Source of the DNA: Pseudogymnoascus verrucosus | Lineage: Eukaryota | NCBI GenBank assembly: GCA_001662655.1 | Contig: KV460243.1 | DNA: 64,000 bases | Reading direction: 5' to 3' (one strand) | Shown here: piece by piece, positions 12,379 to 24,795 of the stretch | Numbering within the stretch: position 1 is the first letter of the stretch | How the letters are laid out: every line of letters starts with the position of its first letter | Translations under genes and position numbers: made by a program | Notes under the pieces: model-generated | What the model was told of the DNA's origin: nothing | The model's database searches: none | The model's input: the letters and a program-made list of their open reading frames with translations, nothing else

Positions 12379-12725
12379 TCTGAGGAAGCTGCGATGGAGT
12401 CTCTGCTTGGTAATGATTCCTTCCTTATATATTGGTTGAAAGATCTGAGGAAGCTGCGATATAGTTTTTCTTGGTAATCGTTCTTGCCACATATAGGGCT
12501 TAGAAGTGTTAAGGAAGCTGCGATGAAACCTTCATTGATAATCGTTCCTGCCATATATAATATCTTCAGGTTCTGAGGAAGCTACGACTAAGTCTTTGCT
12601 TAGAAATCGTACCTTCCATATATAGGGGCTAAATGCTCTGAGGAAGCCACGATGAAGCTTTGCGTGGTAATCGTTCTTTCCATATATAGCACCTGGATGT
12701 TCCGAGGGACCTATGATGAAGCATG
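12379..12725. repeat. Degenerate non-coding tandem array, 5 full units plus 1 partial, period 64-65 bp
   Basis: Units start at 12379, 12444, 12508, 12572, 12637 and 12701. Conserved blocks TCTGAGGAAGCYRCGAT and GGTAATCGTTCYTKCCATATATA. Confidence 0.9.
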
Positions 12726-12848
12726 GTTTGAATTCTCATGTATGTCAACAGCCATTAACAATTAATAGGTATGTAGCACAACAAACAATCTCTTGCTACA
12801 ACAAAAACATCCACCGTCCGTCTCTAACTCACAGGCGAAACAACAAAA

Positions 12849-14685
12849 CTACCACCACCGCTTCCCATCTCGAACAACATTGGTTCCACAATGCACCTCC
12901 CCGCCCCACGTATGGTGTGAATTCCAGTTATCAACAAAACTTACTTGATATCCAAGCTTGCGATAAATCGTTTGCACAGCGGAAGCAAGGATATCCACCC
13001 CATCAATAACTGGGCCCCAAGGCGTTGGCGCCAATATATCGCCATGATTCAACGCAAGCCCATTAATAGGATTGGGGTACAGTGAGACTCCCAACGTGGT
13101 GCTGGCGTTCCGCTCCGGGCCAATACCATTGTCAGGAGCGAAGGCGAGGCCAGTGCGAAACATTACAGGCATGCGAATGATCTCCGCGTCTGTAATACCA
13201 GTCTCGGCCTTTAGGATTCGGATGTTTCGTTGCATGCATGCAGCGATGGCAGTGTTGGCCTTTAGAATACCATCCCAAGCTAGGACCTCCGAAATGGAAT
13301 CGTCAGGGACGCCATGCAAACCGCCAGGAATCATGAATAGATCAGTCGGATTCCCTACAGTGTCGTTTTCGCGAGAAAATGCGCGCGTATCGCCATGGCC
13401 ATGCTTCACGGCATTCTGGAGCATTTCCACTCCTGAAATAGGGTCGGCAACCAGCATGACCCAGCCGCGGCGACTATTGACAGGCAAGAACTGGACGATT
13501 TCATCGACATGGCCGATAGCGAGGCAGTCGGTATCGAGAAGAAGCGGATCCTGCACCTGCTGGGCACGGAGGTAGTCCATAATGAAAGGCGTGGTGGTAT
13601 TATGAGCGCCCATGATTATACGTCCCGCACGATATCGTTTGCCGCGAAACTCGTACGGTGGAATTGTCTCAAGATTGCCCATAGCGTTGATATCGTTCCG
13701 TTCGCCGCCGAGGTGCTGCACAGCTCCCACACCCGATTTGCGGAGGTACTCGAAGACTTGACGGCCCGCAACACGTTCGTCTTGTGCGGAGCGGATCATA
13801 ATATGCAGGACGATGGGTCCATTGGGTCCAGGCATGCTGGTATACCCAGGCTCAACAAAGTCTTGGGCCCAGATATCATCGGAGCCGTGGAATTGAGTTA
13901 ATGGGTACCTTCCCCTGGTCTTATCGAGGGCATTTTGCAGTCTATCCACAAACCACCCTTGGAAGAAGTTCGCGCCTTCAGAGTAATTTCCAGCCGTGGT
14001 AAAAACCTCACGCGCAGCTTGGGCGTGATGATGTGTTAATACTGGCGCAACTCGCAGACTCACCGTGTCTTTTGCGGTAGATCGGCCATCATGTACGGTG
14101 AAGGTGACGGCAACTCTACCATCCCAAACGCCAGGACGACGAGTATCTCGAGCATCGATTCCGAGCTTCAATCCTGCGGCAAGCTCATGCTGAGAGAACA
14201 CATGCTCGTTGCCTGTGGTAATCCATTGGGATCCCTCGAGGCGAAATATGCGAACCTTCGAGCGACTATTTGGGTCTTGTATCGTTATGGTCCCAGATGC
14301 CTTCGGATTTGGCTTTGGAATGGGAACCGTACGTAGTGGTGCCAAGTATTGAGGTGCCCTCTGAATGTCATCAGAAGCGTCGTTACAAGCTGCAAGCTCC
14401 TCATTTGATAGGGCGGGTCCTGAAAGCGCCAACTTCGAACAGCGACGGTCCGTATCGCCAATGTTGGCGAGAAAGATTGCGCCGGCATCGTTGGAGTCGC
14501 TCAATTTATCGGGCAAGTCAGACCTTCCGTGGATATCGACTATGCCATCTCGGTTGGAATCTGCCCTGATGTCGGCTTTGAGAGCAACTGAAAGGCCGCA
14601 AGTTGCTATATTCCTATTAGATGCAATTCGGGAAGTATTAGATGGTCATACCAATAATCAGCAGGGAAAGGAGTCCTCCCGCCAT
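12849..14685 (-). CDS. Secreted protein-arginine deiminase (PAD family)
   Basis: Catalytic motifs WAQD, GHVDE and GEVHCGTN (equivalent to PAD4 D350, H471/D473, C645); also GNLE and PWGP. Splicing one short 5' intron gives signal peptide MAGGLLSLLIIATCGLSVA followed by DSNRDG. Confidence 0.92.
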
Positions 14686-15365
14686 TTTTTTCTGTTGAAT
14701 ATAATTGTTATAGAGCAAAATCTGAATGAATAACTTGAATATCATGACTATCAAGCCCCTTTTATGCCCATTACTCCCACCCAAACCCCCAAAGGCCCTT
14801 TCGACTCATCTCCACACATTTCAGCCCAGCTACCGAAAATGAGACACGACCATTGAAGTCCAAAATGTGGCGTTCAATCGCATAGCTATCCGGCCCTCAA
14901 CTGAAAGCCTACAAGGCTCATTTTTAGCGTGTCGAAACGGAACGGGAAACAAAGATGGCCAAGACTGTGGAGCCACATGGTTATGCCAAGAGTGATCGAC
15001 GGGCGTGTGCGGGCGGTTGAGTCTTGGCCAACATCCTTACCGTATTCGGTAAAAGATCGTCTCGTCCACCGCGTCATAATCTGACAGTCGAGATGAACTT
15101 ACTCTCTTCTCCAATTATACCACGTTGACATATCAGCCCGAAGTTAAATATCACAGCCCTGTGGACTGTGAAGTATTCAGGTAGGCTGTGTCTTTAAGTT
15201 GGTGATTTCAAGTTAAATATTAAAGCAAAGACGCTTGAACAAGTCTCATTATCATCGTGTTTCCTGTGTTCCCAAAAAGCTGTTGCTATCACTAACTTGA
15301 AAACCCAACTTCCTCTCACTCACCTCACATTTTTCTTAAATCACTGCCTCAAAACGCCATCTGCA

Positions 15366-15914
15366 ATGTCCCAACCACTTGTTTTCATCCTCGAAGGCTT
15401 ATCCAAAGGTTCCAACGCCACAGTATCTTCCCAGAATCTCCAAGGCGTCAAGACCCCATTCTATGCCATCCAACCGTCCCCAAACAAAAAGTCCAACCTC
15501 GCCATCACCCGTGCGTCTCCAGACGCTTCTCAAGTTGGAACTATACAATTCCACACACTATCCTCGAAAATAGAACTCGTCCTTCAATACGAAACAGTCT
15601 CCATGCGCCACGATGAACTTACAGGGAGCCGACATGAATTCACTAGCCCTACCGTTAGGGGTGATAAGCTCTCATGGAAGGAAGATAGCCTCTTTGGCCA
15701 CGGATTTAAACTCGTGAGCCCAGATGGACAACTACTGGCACGTTTTCGACGCACAGATAAATCAGCTGGGACGGGTTGCTTTGAGGTTTTTATCACGGCT
15801 GAGGGGGGATTGCTGGATCTTATCCTTTTGAGCGGAATCGCGGCAGCTGAGTATCGGAGGAGATCAAATATCGAACTTGCTTCTGTTGGGGACATTTTGG
15901 GACAGCTATTGTAG
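15366..15914 (+). CDS. Hypothetical beta-rich protein (tubby/LURP-one-like fold suspected)
   Basis: Intronless 182 aa from MSQPLV. Alternating beta-strand pattern, LSWK...LLARF, and a C-terminal hydrophobic helix LLDLILLSGIA. Confidence 0.6.
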   Translation: MSQPLVFILEGLSKGSNATVSSQNLQGVKTPFYAIQPSPNKKSNLAITRASPDASQVGTIQFHTLSSKIELVLQYETVSMRHDELTGSRHEFTSPTVRGDKLSWKEDSLFGHGFKLVSPDGQLLARFRRTDKSAGTGCFEVFITAEGGLLDLILLSGIAAAEYRRRSNIELASVGDILGQLL

Positions 15915-16296
15915 CTTTGTTTGGGAATTATTGGCCGGCGAAACTCGTCGGGAGATTGAATAACTGGGAACTGCGAGAGGTCGTACGGGAACTGTAAAGA
16001 GATTCGTCACTCGAAATGATTTTAATCTTTACATTAGACACTTATTTGGCTCATTGCTCCATTTAGGAACTTTATCTTCATCCTTGCATCTTCGACCTTG
16101 TATCTCGAAAGCGAGCGCTGCATTTTGCCGGATTTGGAAGCGGTAGTGGCTGTTCCGCTTCGATCGTGGTTGGTCAGTGCGCTGGATGTTATATCACCTC
16201 CCTCAATCTTAATCTGACATCAATGAATGATAGTTCTTCGATAAACACTGCACTGGACCTCGACTCATATAGCTTTTATAGTTACAAACTGGAAAA

Positions 16297-17010
16297 ATGG
16301 ACCTGTCGTCCAGTTTCTCTAAGCTCTCACTGTCATGCGCTTGCCTCGTATCTGCGTACCTCATAAAGCTTTCCTGGACGCCACCAAACCCAGTTGCAAA
16401 GGATACATTTATCCCCACCATAAAATACTCACGGAAGACTCTTGTTAGATTTTGGCGCGTTTTCATGCTCTTTCGCTACACAGACATCGCCTGCTGTATA
16501 TTCCACAGCATTCTGATTCTGTTGTACCCGTCGCCGCCAAGACGTATCTGCCCGAACGCTGACAACCTCTCACCATCTCTCTTCACCTGGTCTCCATACA
16601 GCACTCTCTGCCTCGGTACGATCATTATATTTTGTTCAATGAGGCTTCTTGCATTCAAAGAGCTGGGGAAGGATTTCACTTTCCACCTGACAAAGCCGAA
16701 GCGTCTGAATACCTCTGGTTTGTACTCGGTTGTTCAGCATCCATCTTACACGGGAGTTGTTCTATCAAACGCAGCAAACATAATGTTTCTGTATCGACTT
16801 GACGGAATTTCGGCGTGCTTCTTGCCTGGGTGGATTGTGGGACAGGCATGGTGGGCAAATTGGACTCTGTTTTTCGTCACGGCTATGATCAGTGCATATG
16901 GGACGAGGATAAGAGTTAAAAAGGAGGAGGAAATGCTGAAGCAAACTTTTGGACGGGAATGGGAAGAATGGCATGCAAAAACAAAGCGGTTCATTCCGGG
17001 TGTCTTTTGA
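16297..17010 (+). CDS. Isoprenylcysteine carboxyl methyltransferase (ICMT/Ste14) family membrane methyltransferase
   Basis: LGKDFTF, LNTSGLYSVVQHPSYTG, RVKKEEEMLKQTFGREWEEW and RFIPGVF motifs. Confidence 0.85.
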   Translation: MDLSSSFSKLSLSCACLVSAYLIKLSWTPPNPVAKDTFIPTIKYSRKTLVRFWRVFMLFRYTDIACCIFHSILILLYPSPPRRICPNADNLSPSLFTWSPYSTLCLGTIIIFCSMRLLAFKELGKDFTFHLTKPKRLNTSGLYSVVQHPSYTGVVLSNAANIMFLYRLDGISACFLPGWIVGQAWWANWTLFFVTAMISAYGTRIRVKKEEEMLKQTFGREWEEWHAKTKRFIPGVF

Positions 17011-17383
17011 AAGGAAGCCAAACACCTGGCTACAATTAACGAATGGGTATCTGCTAATTTGAATGGGGTGTTTTGGAAAGATTATTTAGTCGCTGAGATC
17101 TAACATGAGTTTTGATCTCCTCTCATATACAACTCTGGGTATTCGATTCTAAGTTTTAATCTAACTGTGAATTTGCTGAGGCGTCAGGACTGTATTTCAG
17201 CCGTCCAGGAAGGAACGTCTTGTTACATATGCTGGTCGTTCCTTCCCAAAGCTACCAGGGCAACCACAAATTACCATGATATGGTTTCAATGGTCTCAAT
17301 TTCCTACCTGCTACCCTCCAACAATGTTTCATCAGTTACTGCCGCTGATTTTCGATACCTAGAAACCATCCCATTGGGGGCAA

Positions 17384-18945
17384 ATGAGCGACTCCACGCC
17401 GAAAGACCTCTCATTTCCTCATTATACTTTGGAAGATACTCCGTCCACGCGCAGCACACTTAGCATTGAATCCTCCGCCAATCCAAGCACTGTTTCCTCA
17501 AGTCTTCGCCAGAAAAGCTCCCCCTTGATTACGGGCCCCGTGAAGGACTTTCAACAAGCCAGGTTTTCTTTGGCCAGTTCTCTCGCAGCGAGCCATTCCC
17601 AGATCAACACACCTCTGGCTGATCCTCCTGAGCTTGTCTTCCCGCGAGTCACACTGCCAGGGCATATTTCTCTACCGCGTAGCCCTCTGGAACCTACGCT
17701 TCGAAAACTCATCTTCTCACGAGGCAACCCTCTATCAACCGACCTATTCGAGATCGACACCCCGGAACCAAGCGCGCGACAAATGACATCTTACACAAAC
17801 CAACACCTTCATCTGCCACTTCCTGGAGATTTGCACTCGATATTCTTCCGTGCCTTCCATTCTCCATGGTCTGGCATTGGGCGGCGACTGGCGCTGGCTA
17901 TTCGTGGCTTCATATCACTATATATGACGGTCACTTTTATTATGGTCGTGGCGTGGCAGGCAAGAACCGAGGCGTCAGTGTCAATGGTGTTGTTCAAATT
18001 TGAGACGATCAGTTTTTTCTGGCAAGTGGCGTATTCTTGGATAACGTTTGTAAGTTTGCCATGGGCTATTTAATCATAGCGTGCGATCATCTATAGGCAG
18101 GATGCCTATTGTTTTGAATGGCTCCAATAGATAATTGATTATGATCGAGAGCTAATCCTTCGAATAGACCTGGGCCCTGGTGCACCTCGTTCCTCTGTGC
18201 CAGTCCGGCACAGACGATCATGGTTTCATGGACAGCCTGAAGATTGCGTTTCGATATCCCTTAACAGACCAGTGGCGCCAACTGTTTAGTATTATTTATA
18301 CCGGAGCAGTATCCCTCCCGAATGTCGTTGCTCTGGTCTACTGGACCATCGTGGTTCCCCATGATGTAGTTGATGGTATGTCGACATCGTAATACTGATA
18401 GAATGGGGGCCGGCTACTGATATGTCCTGCAGTGGGAGACCTCTTCAATAACGGCGACCTCCAATCATTCTGCGTCCTCAACTTGTACTTCATATCGCTG
18501 GTCGTTGCTCTCATCGAGATTTTCTTTTTATCCAGTATAAAGCCCCCGGGGGTATGTTCTTCCATATTCCAAGATTTTGTCTCTGTGTTCCCGTAAAATT
18601 AGATCTACTTACTATAACTGACTCTTCCAACAGCCTTTCTTTGTCCATATCCTCTGGTTCTCAGCCATTGGAGTTGCATACTACGTCTGGGCCTTTCTTG
18701 GCCACATTGTGACGGGAAATTACGTATATTTCTTCCTGGACCCCGAACAAATCGGGGAAGAGAATGTTGTCGTTGGATTGATTGCATTTGTCGCCCTGCT
18801 GAACATCTGTAAGTTTTTACACTTCAAGAATGGGTTTACGAGAACTAATGAGATAGTTTATGGTGTTGCATACGGCATGTCTGGTGCTCGCGATGCGATT
18901 ACAGGTCCTTTGGAAATTCTTGGAACATTGCAATTGCCCACGTAA
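17384..18945 (+). CDS. Multi-pass membrane protein of unknown function (FAR-17a/AIG1-like suspected)
   Basis: Ser/Pro-rich N-terminus followed by several TM segments across about five exons with canonical introns; VALVYWTI and GNYVYFFLDP motifs. Confidence 0.6.
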
Positions 18946-19550
18946 ATACTTTCTGAATAGTCTTCAGTATTTGGTGCGGTTGGTTTATAGTGGTCTTTGA
19001 GAAGTGTCCCGTGACAGTTGGTTGAAATGAGATGATGGCTTCACTGTGAGTATCAAATGGCTTTCGGGCCAGGAGAGGCCGTTCTCAGTAACTGAGAGAT
19101 TGTAAATCCATAACAAATGAATATTATTATTTCTCGACGAATTTGTATTTGTTTTGATATTTTGGATATGAGAATAGTTCCGTTAGCTCCGAAGCTGGGA
19201 AAGAAATATGGTAAATAAAACAAATAAATGTACGAAATAGGGTCTGTAATTGTGATATATTGTGACAAAAATAACAGTACAGTCGGATAATTGTACTGTT
19301 CGAATATGTGAGCGGCGGTTTGTTTTGTTTACTTCAACTGTGTTTGGTTTGGGCAGTCGCAACACGCTTTGAGACGTGGACTTGCTTGACAAACCCAGGA
19401 TTGATATCTGAGTTGACACACAACAACGCCTCTTAGATTCTTAGCCCACCCTATTTTTCTGAGTTTGCTAGCAATATCCATTTATTGTGTGATTATCAAA
19501 GATAAATAAAGATTACTAGGTATTGTTTGTTTGGTATTCGCCGACAACAA

Positions 19551-22538
19551 TATGTCTGTTCAACATTTGGCTACGCGCCTCAGGATCACTCCCCAGATCC
19601 TTGAAAGTATTATTCATGCTCTACCGCGTAATGATTTGACTCGGCAAGAGTTAAATGATTTTATGAGGCGATTCAAAAAGTTCAGCACAGATATCTCCAA
19701 GGTGACGCCGAGAACCTGAATATCAATACTACCACAGCGAAGAATCCAGAACAAGGGTGCAGTGCAGAGCCAAATATAAATCACCCGAACAAACCTGCTC
19801 CAGGCGAAGAAGGTCATTGGAAGAAAGGAGAATGGTCACAGAAATACAAAGCGATACTTGTCAGTCCCCATGATCGCAACCCTCATTTACTGTTTGTTAT
19901 CTAGTCCTAACTAATCCCCAAAGGACAAAACGACTGTTCCCGTCGAAAACCTCCGAAACTACCTTGGAGAATCATTGGAGCAGATTGATGCCCTGATCTT
20001 CAAAACGCTTCCTGACATCATCGCAAAACGGTCACTCAAAAGATTTGGCGAGGATATTTGCTGGATGACCGCTAAATACTTTGGGGATCCCACTAATGAT
20101 AAAGAATTTGATCGACTGGTCAACAAAATGAAGACAAGGAGCGGACGGAGGACAAGGAAACGAGAAAGGGCCCTGCTGAAGGAAAAAAACATGCAGAATA
20201 GGACGGTGGGGAATGCCGGGGCCGAACCAGCTGAAGAAGGGGTTGGCAGAGAGACAGAGGGAGATGGCGTGGGTCGAATGCCAGGCAACGAGCTAACTAA
20301 AGAAGACAGTAGTGTTCAAGCTCATGAGGAAGGAACGACCCATCTTCATGATCACATGGTTTTGCAAACTTTTGGCCCTGGCCAGCATTTCCCCACCAGC
20401 GATGACCATTTGGCAAAAAACCTCTAGAACCCCAAACTGCGACAAGACAAAACTCTATCTCTGGAATCAACACCCAAGCCTTTACTATCAAATCGAATAA
20501 CAGTTATTTGCAAGACTCGGTTGTCGGCAGACCGACAAGTGAGTCGCCGTTGCAACGGAGAGGTGAGGCACCGCATCATCAAAGTCTGTCAGTGCGAGAA
20601 AACCCACAGACAGAACTGGCGCCAACAGACATAGTGCCAGATAGACTAGTGGAAGAACACTCGAATACCATCGTGGATCAAAGCAGAGGTCATAAAAACG
20701 ACCTCCAGATCAGGATAAAGGTGGAAGAGCCGCCAACACCAGCATCGTTGCTGAAACGTACGCCTCAGCATTTGGCATTTAACCACAACACTATGGCTTC
20801 CCTGGGCGATCAACAACATGGCCCAATTTATCTCGCGGATGTAACTTGTGCAGAAAAGAGAAAACGCGATGAACTAGACACCGAAGACAGAGAAGCCAAG
20901 TTTCCAAAAATTGCCGACAAAGCAGGAGACATTGGCGAAGTCTGTAAGCAGATGGATTCAGATTATGAACCAGCAGAATCTGACCAGATTGAAGAACTGG
21001 AGCGCACGATTGAATCAGTGGAGAGACCCCCCCAATTGAGCCTCGAGGAGAGAGTACAGAAGAAAAGCACTGGACAGAAACCAAAGTCCGGATGGCCCCT
21101 CAATGCGGAATCGGGACCATACATTTCAGCAATGGACTTGCGTAGTTCTCCTGTTCTTTCTAAATTCGGAAAGCAGAATCCCCCGCAGGAAAGAATATGT
21201 CCGGAGCCGCTGTTAAACGAGCGACGTCCAATAGAGCCACAGGACCACCCCGAGGAGGACAAACCATTTTTCGGAAGCTCTTTTCATCATATGCGGTCGA
21301 TATCAGACGCTGATGATATGGACACCTCAAAAAAATCTGTTGCTGGTACTACAGCGGATTCGCAAATCCAAATGACGCGTAGGAGGCAGCGCAAGATCGC
21401 ATGGGACGAGAGAAAAAAGTTTCTGAAGCAAGCCAAAGTCCTGAAACGAATTACTAAGGACTTGGAAACAGTATCGGAGACAACTATTTCAAAGGTAGCG
21501 GATACTTCGAGCCAGCTGATAGAACCTTTATCAGTAAAGGCGGGCAACACAGCCGAAAATCAGATTCTGTGTTCCGATGGCGAACTCAGACCTCGTGGCG
21601 ACGAAGACGAGGAGGTGCTCGTTTTCGTGGGTTGGGAACAAGCTGCGCAGAGCAAACTCGGTAATAACGGCCTCTTCAATCCGGTTCAGCTTTACAGCAA
21701 GTTCTTACAATTGGAAATCGACGATAATAGGTTTGGAAATAGAAATATGAGAAGCGACGAGGCCGCGATGCTTGTCTACGTCATAATGGGAATCGGAAGT
21801 CCATGCGCGATTGCCCAATTTGGAAAAATTTCAACGGCTATGAGAGAGGAGTTGGAAGTGGCTATGGAATTTCTTCCAGGACACCAAAGCTACGGCAGAG
21901 CTGCGCTGAGGCTGACTCTTGGGCCGGATGAAGGTCCATTTAGACCATTTGCGGAATCAGTTCTTGCGCTCGAGTTTTATCGGTTCCTGCAAAACGAGAG
22001 GACATCACATGGCAAGATGCTCCCACTCACAGCCAGGGGCTTCGATTTCACGAAGATTCAGGAGCTAGAAATAAACTTGCCGGCAAGGCGTGGCCGAGGT
22101 GCCAATTTGCAAGCACTGCAACGGATCGGATATCGTCTCTCGAAGCTGGCTTCAATTTACGGCGATGGCATCTTGGCATTGATACCATCTTCAGGCTGTT
22201 TCGGGGATTGCCTCAATGTACTCGCAAATATGGATGAGGCTGCGTTCAAGATGTTCCAACAACATATGGACAAGAATCGTGACCAATTCCTCTTGAAAGT
22301 AAGCACGCCTCTGGAGCCCTATGTGCAAGAGGGAATGTGGGATACGCTTACCCTTCCGAAGCTGAGGCTGGAGGTCGAGGAGGGATTTGATGAGTTGGCT
22401 GTGAGAGACAGATCTGATCAGTTGGCATTGATGTGCTTGCCATCATGGGTATGCATACAACTTGATCACGGGCGCGTCTTCAGTCGCAGGAATACTCTTC
22501 AGCCTGCACACTGCACAACAGAAACAGGTCATGTATAA
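19551..22538 (+). other. Large orphan gene interrupted by two -1 frameshifts (pseudogene, sequencing error or recoding)
   Basis: ORF pieces join if one base is added at GATTTTATG (~19657-19665) and at GCAAAAAAC (20413-20421). Intron about 19860-19923. A long ORF then continues to 22538. Confidence 0.6.
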
Positions 22539-22699
22539 AAACAACAGTCTTGTTATTCCAGCGCAAACAGATGCATCAATGCCAAGAAAATATCCACATC
22601 AGAACGCTAACACTAAATACAAAATATTTATAAGCCAATGTAGTCACCCGTGAACATCCCTATTTACATGTGAACAACCTCAACCCCCCCTTCTATGTT

Positions 22700-23947
22700 T
22701 CAGCGCCAGGTGTTGCTAACAGTTACACTCTTCTCGCAAGTCTTCGGAACCGTGAATGAGCGATTGGGGTCAGATTCCCAGTTCACAGCCCCAGAGCTCT
22801 GAACGTTGATAAATTTGTACTGGAATGTCGTCCCGGCCGCCAGAGTTACCGTCGTGGACCATAATGGATTGGCATTTGTGTATTTCGATGCTGACAAGGC
22901 AATGGCGCTGCTGGTACTCCAGCTCCCCAGCTCAGAAATGGATCCTACGACTTTGATGGTCTGGCCATAAATTGTAGTGACAACCTCGTTGAAAGTGACA
23001 TCGACGCTCGAAGCAATGGCACAGGTTGTGCTTGTTGGGCTCGTAGTGCTGGTGCCTACCGATGTGGCTGCCGTGCTCGTGCCAGTCGGCTGCACGCTCG
23101 ATGACTGGCTTCCTCCAGATCCATTGATGGCAATGTCAGCGCAGGTTAAGTAGACCTGGCCGGTTTGGAACGAGTTCCAGCGCAGGGACAGCAGCGTGTG
23201 GGCCGAGTTGATGTTTGGGATCTTGACCCTCTTGGTCACGGTGTAACCGCCGGCGATGGAAGTATAGCATGAGTTCAGCGGCGCGTTGTCGACACCCTTG
23301 CACTTGGTCTGGTCGCCGGCGCTGAAGCCGTTGCAGGTGAACCAGTCATTGCGGTAGCATGATTGGCCGGGCGAGCAGTCGGGGTTGTATCCACAGGACT
23401 GGCCACTGACGTCGGTGCAGTCTAGCGTGCCGGCCTGGAAGCAGTCTTCTGCGGCCTGCTTTTCCGCATTAGTGGGAAGGTAGCCGGGGGTCAAGAGCTT
23501 GTCGACGAGGGCTTGGTCTTCGCAGATGCGGTAGCTGAACATGCCACCGTGGTCACCGTTGTTGTCAACGCACCACTGCACTTCAACGATATCTCCCGCA
23601 TTGTAGGTTACTACGGGAGAGTTGCCCCAGTTGGCCGTGGGCTGGTTATAGTCTATGCTGACGCGAGCATTGTAACCGCAGGGACCGCTCCGTCCTACTG
23701 CTGCGGCGGTGAGATCAGGCCAGGCAGCAACGGGCTCAAGGATAGTGCATTCGGGACATGAGTCCAGGTTTGCCTGAGTTGAAATATTAGCGACTACTCT
23801 CCAGCACGGACGGAAGATCGGTGCGGTGATCTATTTGTTACCCACCTTTACTCCAAGACTGGTTCGGCTCTGAGGAGTGATCAGGTAGCCATGTCCGTGG
23901 ACGAAGGTGGCCAAACTGAGGGCTGTCAAGGCAGATAGCGTCTTCAT
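22700..23947 (-). CDS. AA13 starch-active lytic polysaccharide monooxygenase with C-terminal CBM20
   Basis: Signal peptide then mature His1 [63 protein letters not shown] linker; CBM20 ([22 protein letters not shown]). Intron 23774-23845. Confidence 0.96.
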
Positions 23948-24276
23948 TTTTGACAATTTTAGCGATCAGGTTCGCGAGTCGAATTAGGTGGCGATGGATA
24001 AAACAGTCTGGAATGTCTGGATCTTCAAGGCAGGTTACCATATGGGAGAGTTCCCCCCATTTTATAACCTTCGCCATGTCGAAACATGAGCCGTGGTTGC
24101 GGGCTCATAACGTGCTTCATCATGCGAAAGAGTCTACAATGCGCCGATGATCTATAGGCCCTATAGTATAAGGCCGAAACATAGAGCCGCTGGCCTTGAG
24201 TTGGAAAAATCAGCCGCGTTGGCCACAGAACTTCAGATACCGTGATGTTGTCTGCCGTCTCAGGGCTTGGGAGGCG

Positions 24277-24795
24277 CCGAGAAGCGTCCGCATAGATTGG
24301 ATGAAACGCGGCGTTCTCGTTTGTAATGGATACCGAGGACCTTATTATGACGGTCTCGCACCTATCAAATCGCGGGGTTGGATATGCGGGGAACTTTGAT
24401 CCGACCAGGGGTTATCGTGGCGTTTTTTTACCGCCAACACCAAACATCACCAACATGTGACGAGATATCTTAGGTTGTAGGGTTATTATTCGATCGCCGG
24501 TTTAATATACTCTAGACGGTGTTCTTAGTCCGATGTAGGCCCGATATAGACCTTACGCTGGACCAATGAATTATCTAATCCACCAACAATAACCTTTTAG
24601 ACTCGATGGAGATCCGCAAGTTGCCCTGACACTATATTTTGAGGCCGTCTTTTCAAAGAGAATAAGGAGATGTTGCGGGGAAGTGGGACACAGACCACCC
24701 CACGATCAAGACGGCCCGAACCAGACACGAGAAAATCCACAAAAAATCATAATGTGGCTTGGAATCAGACTTTATTGCCGACCGATGATGAGCCG
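24277..24795 (-). promoter_or_regulatory. Three AmyR-type CGG-N8-CGG sites upstream of AA13
   Basis: Plus-strand CCG-N8-CCG at 24277-24290, 24530-24543 and 24782-24795, all in the same orientation. Confidence 0.55.

Noticed and set aside
12379..12725. CRISPR array interpretation of the 64-65 bp repeats
   Set aside because: Eukaryotic context, degenerate repeats, short and mutually similar variable parts, and no cas genes.
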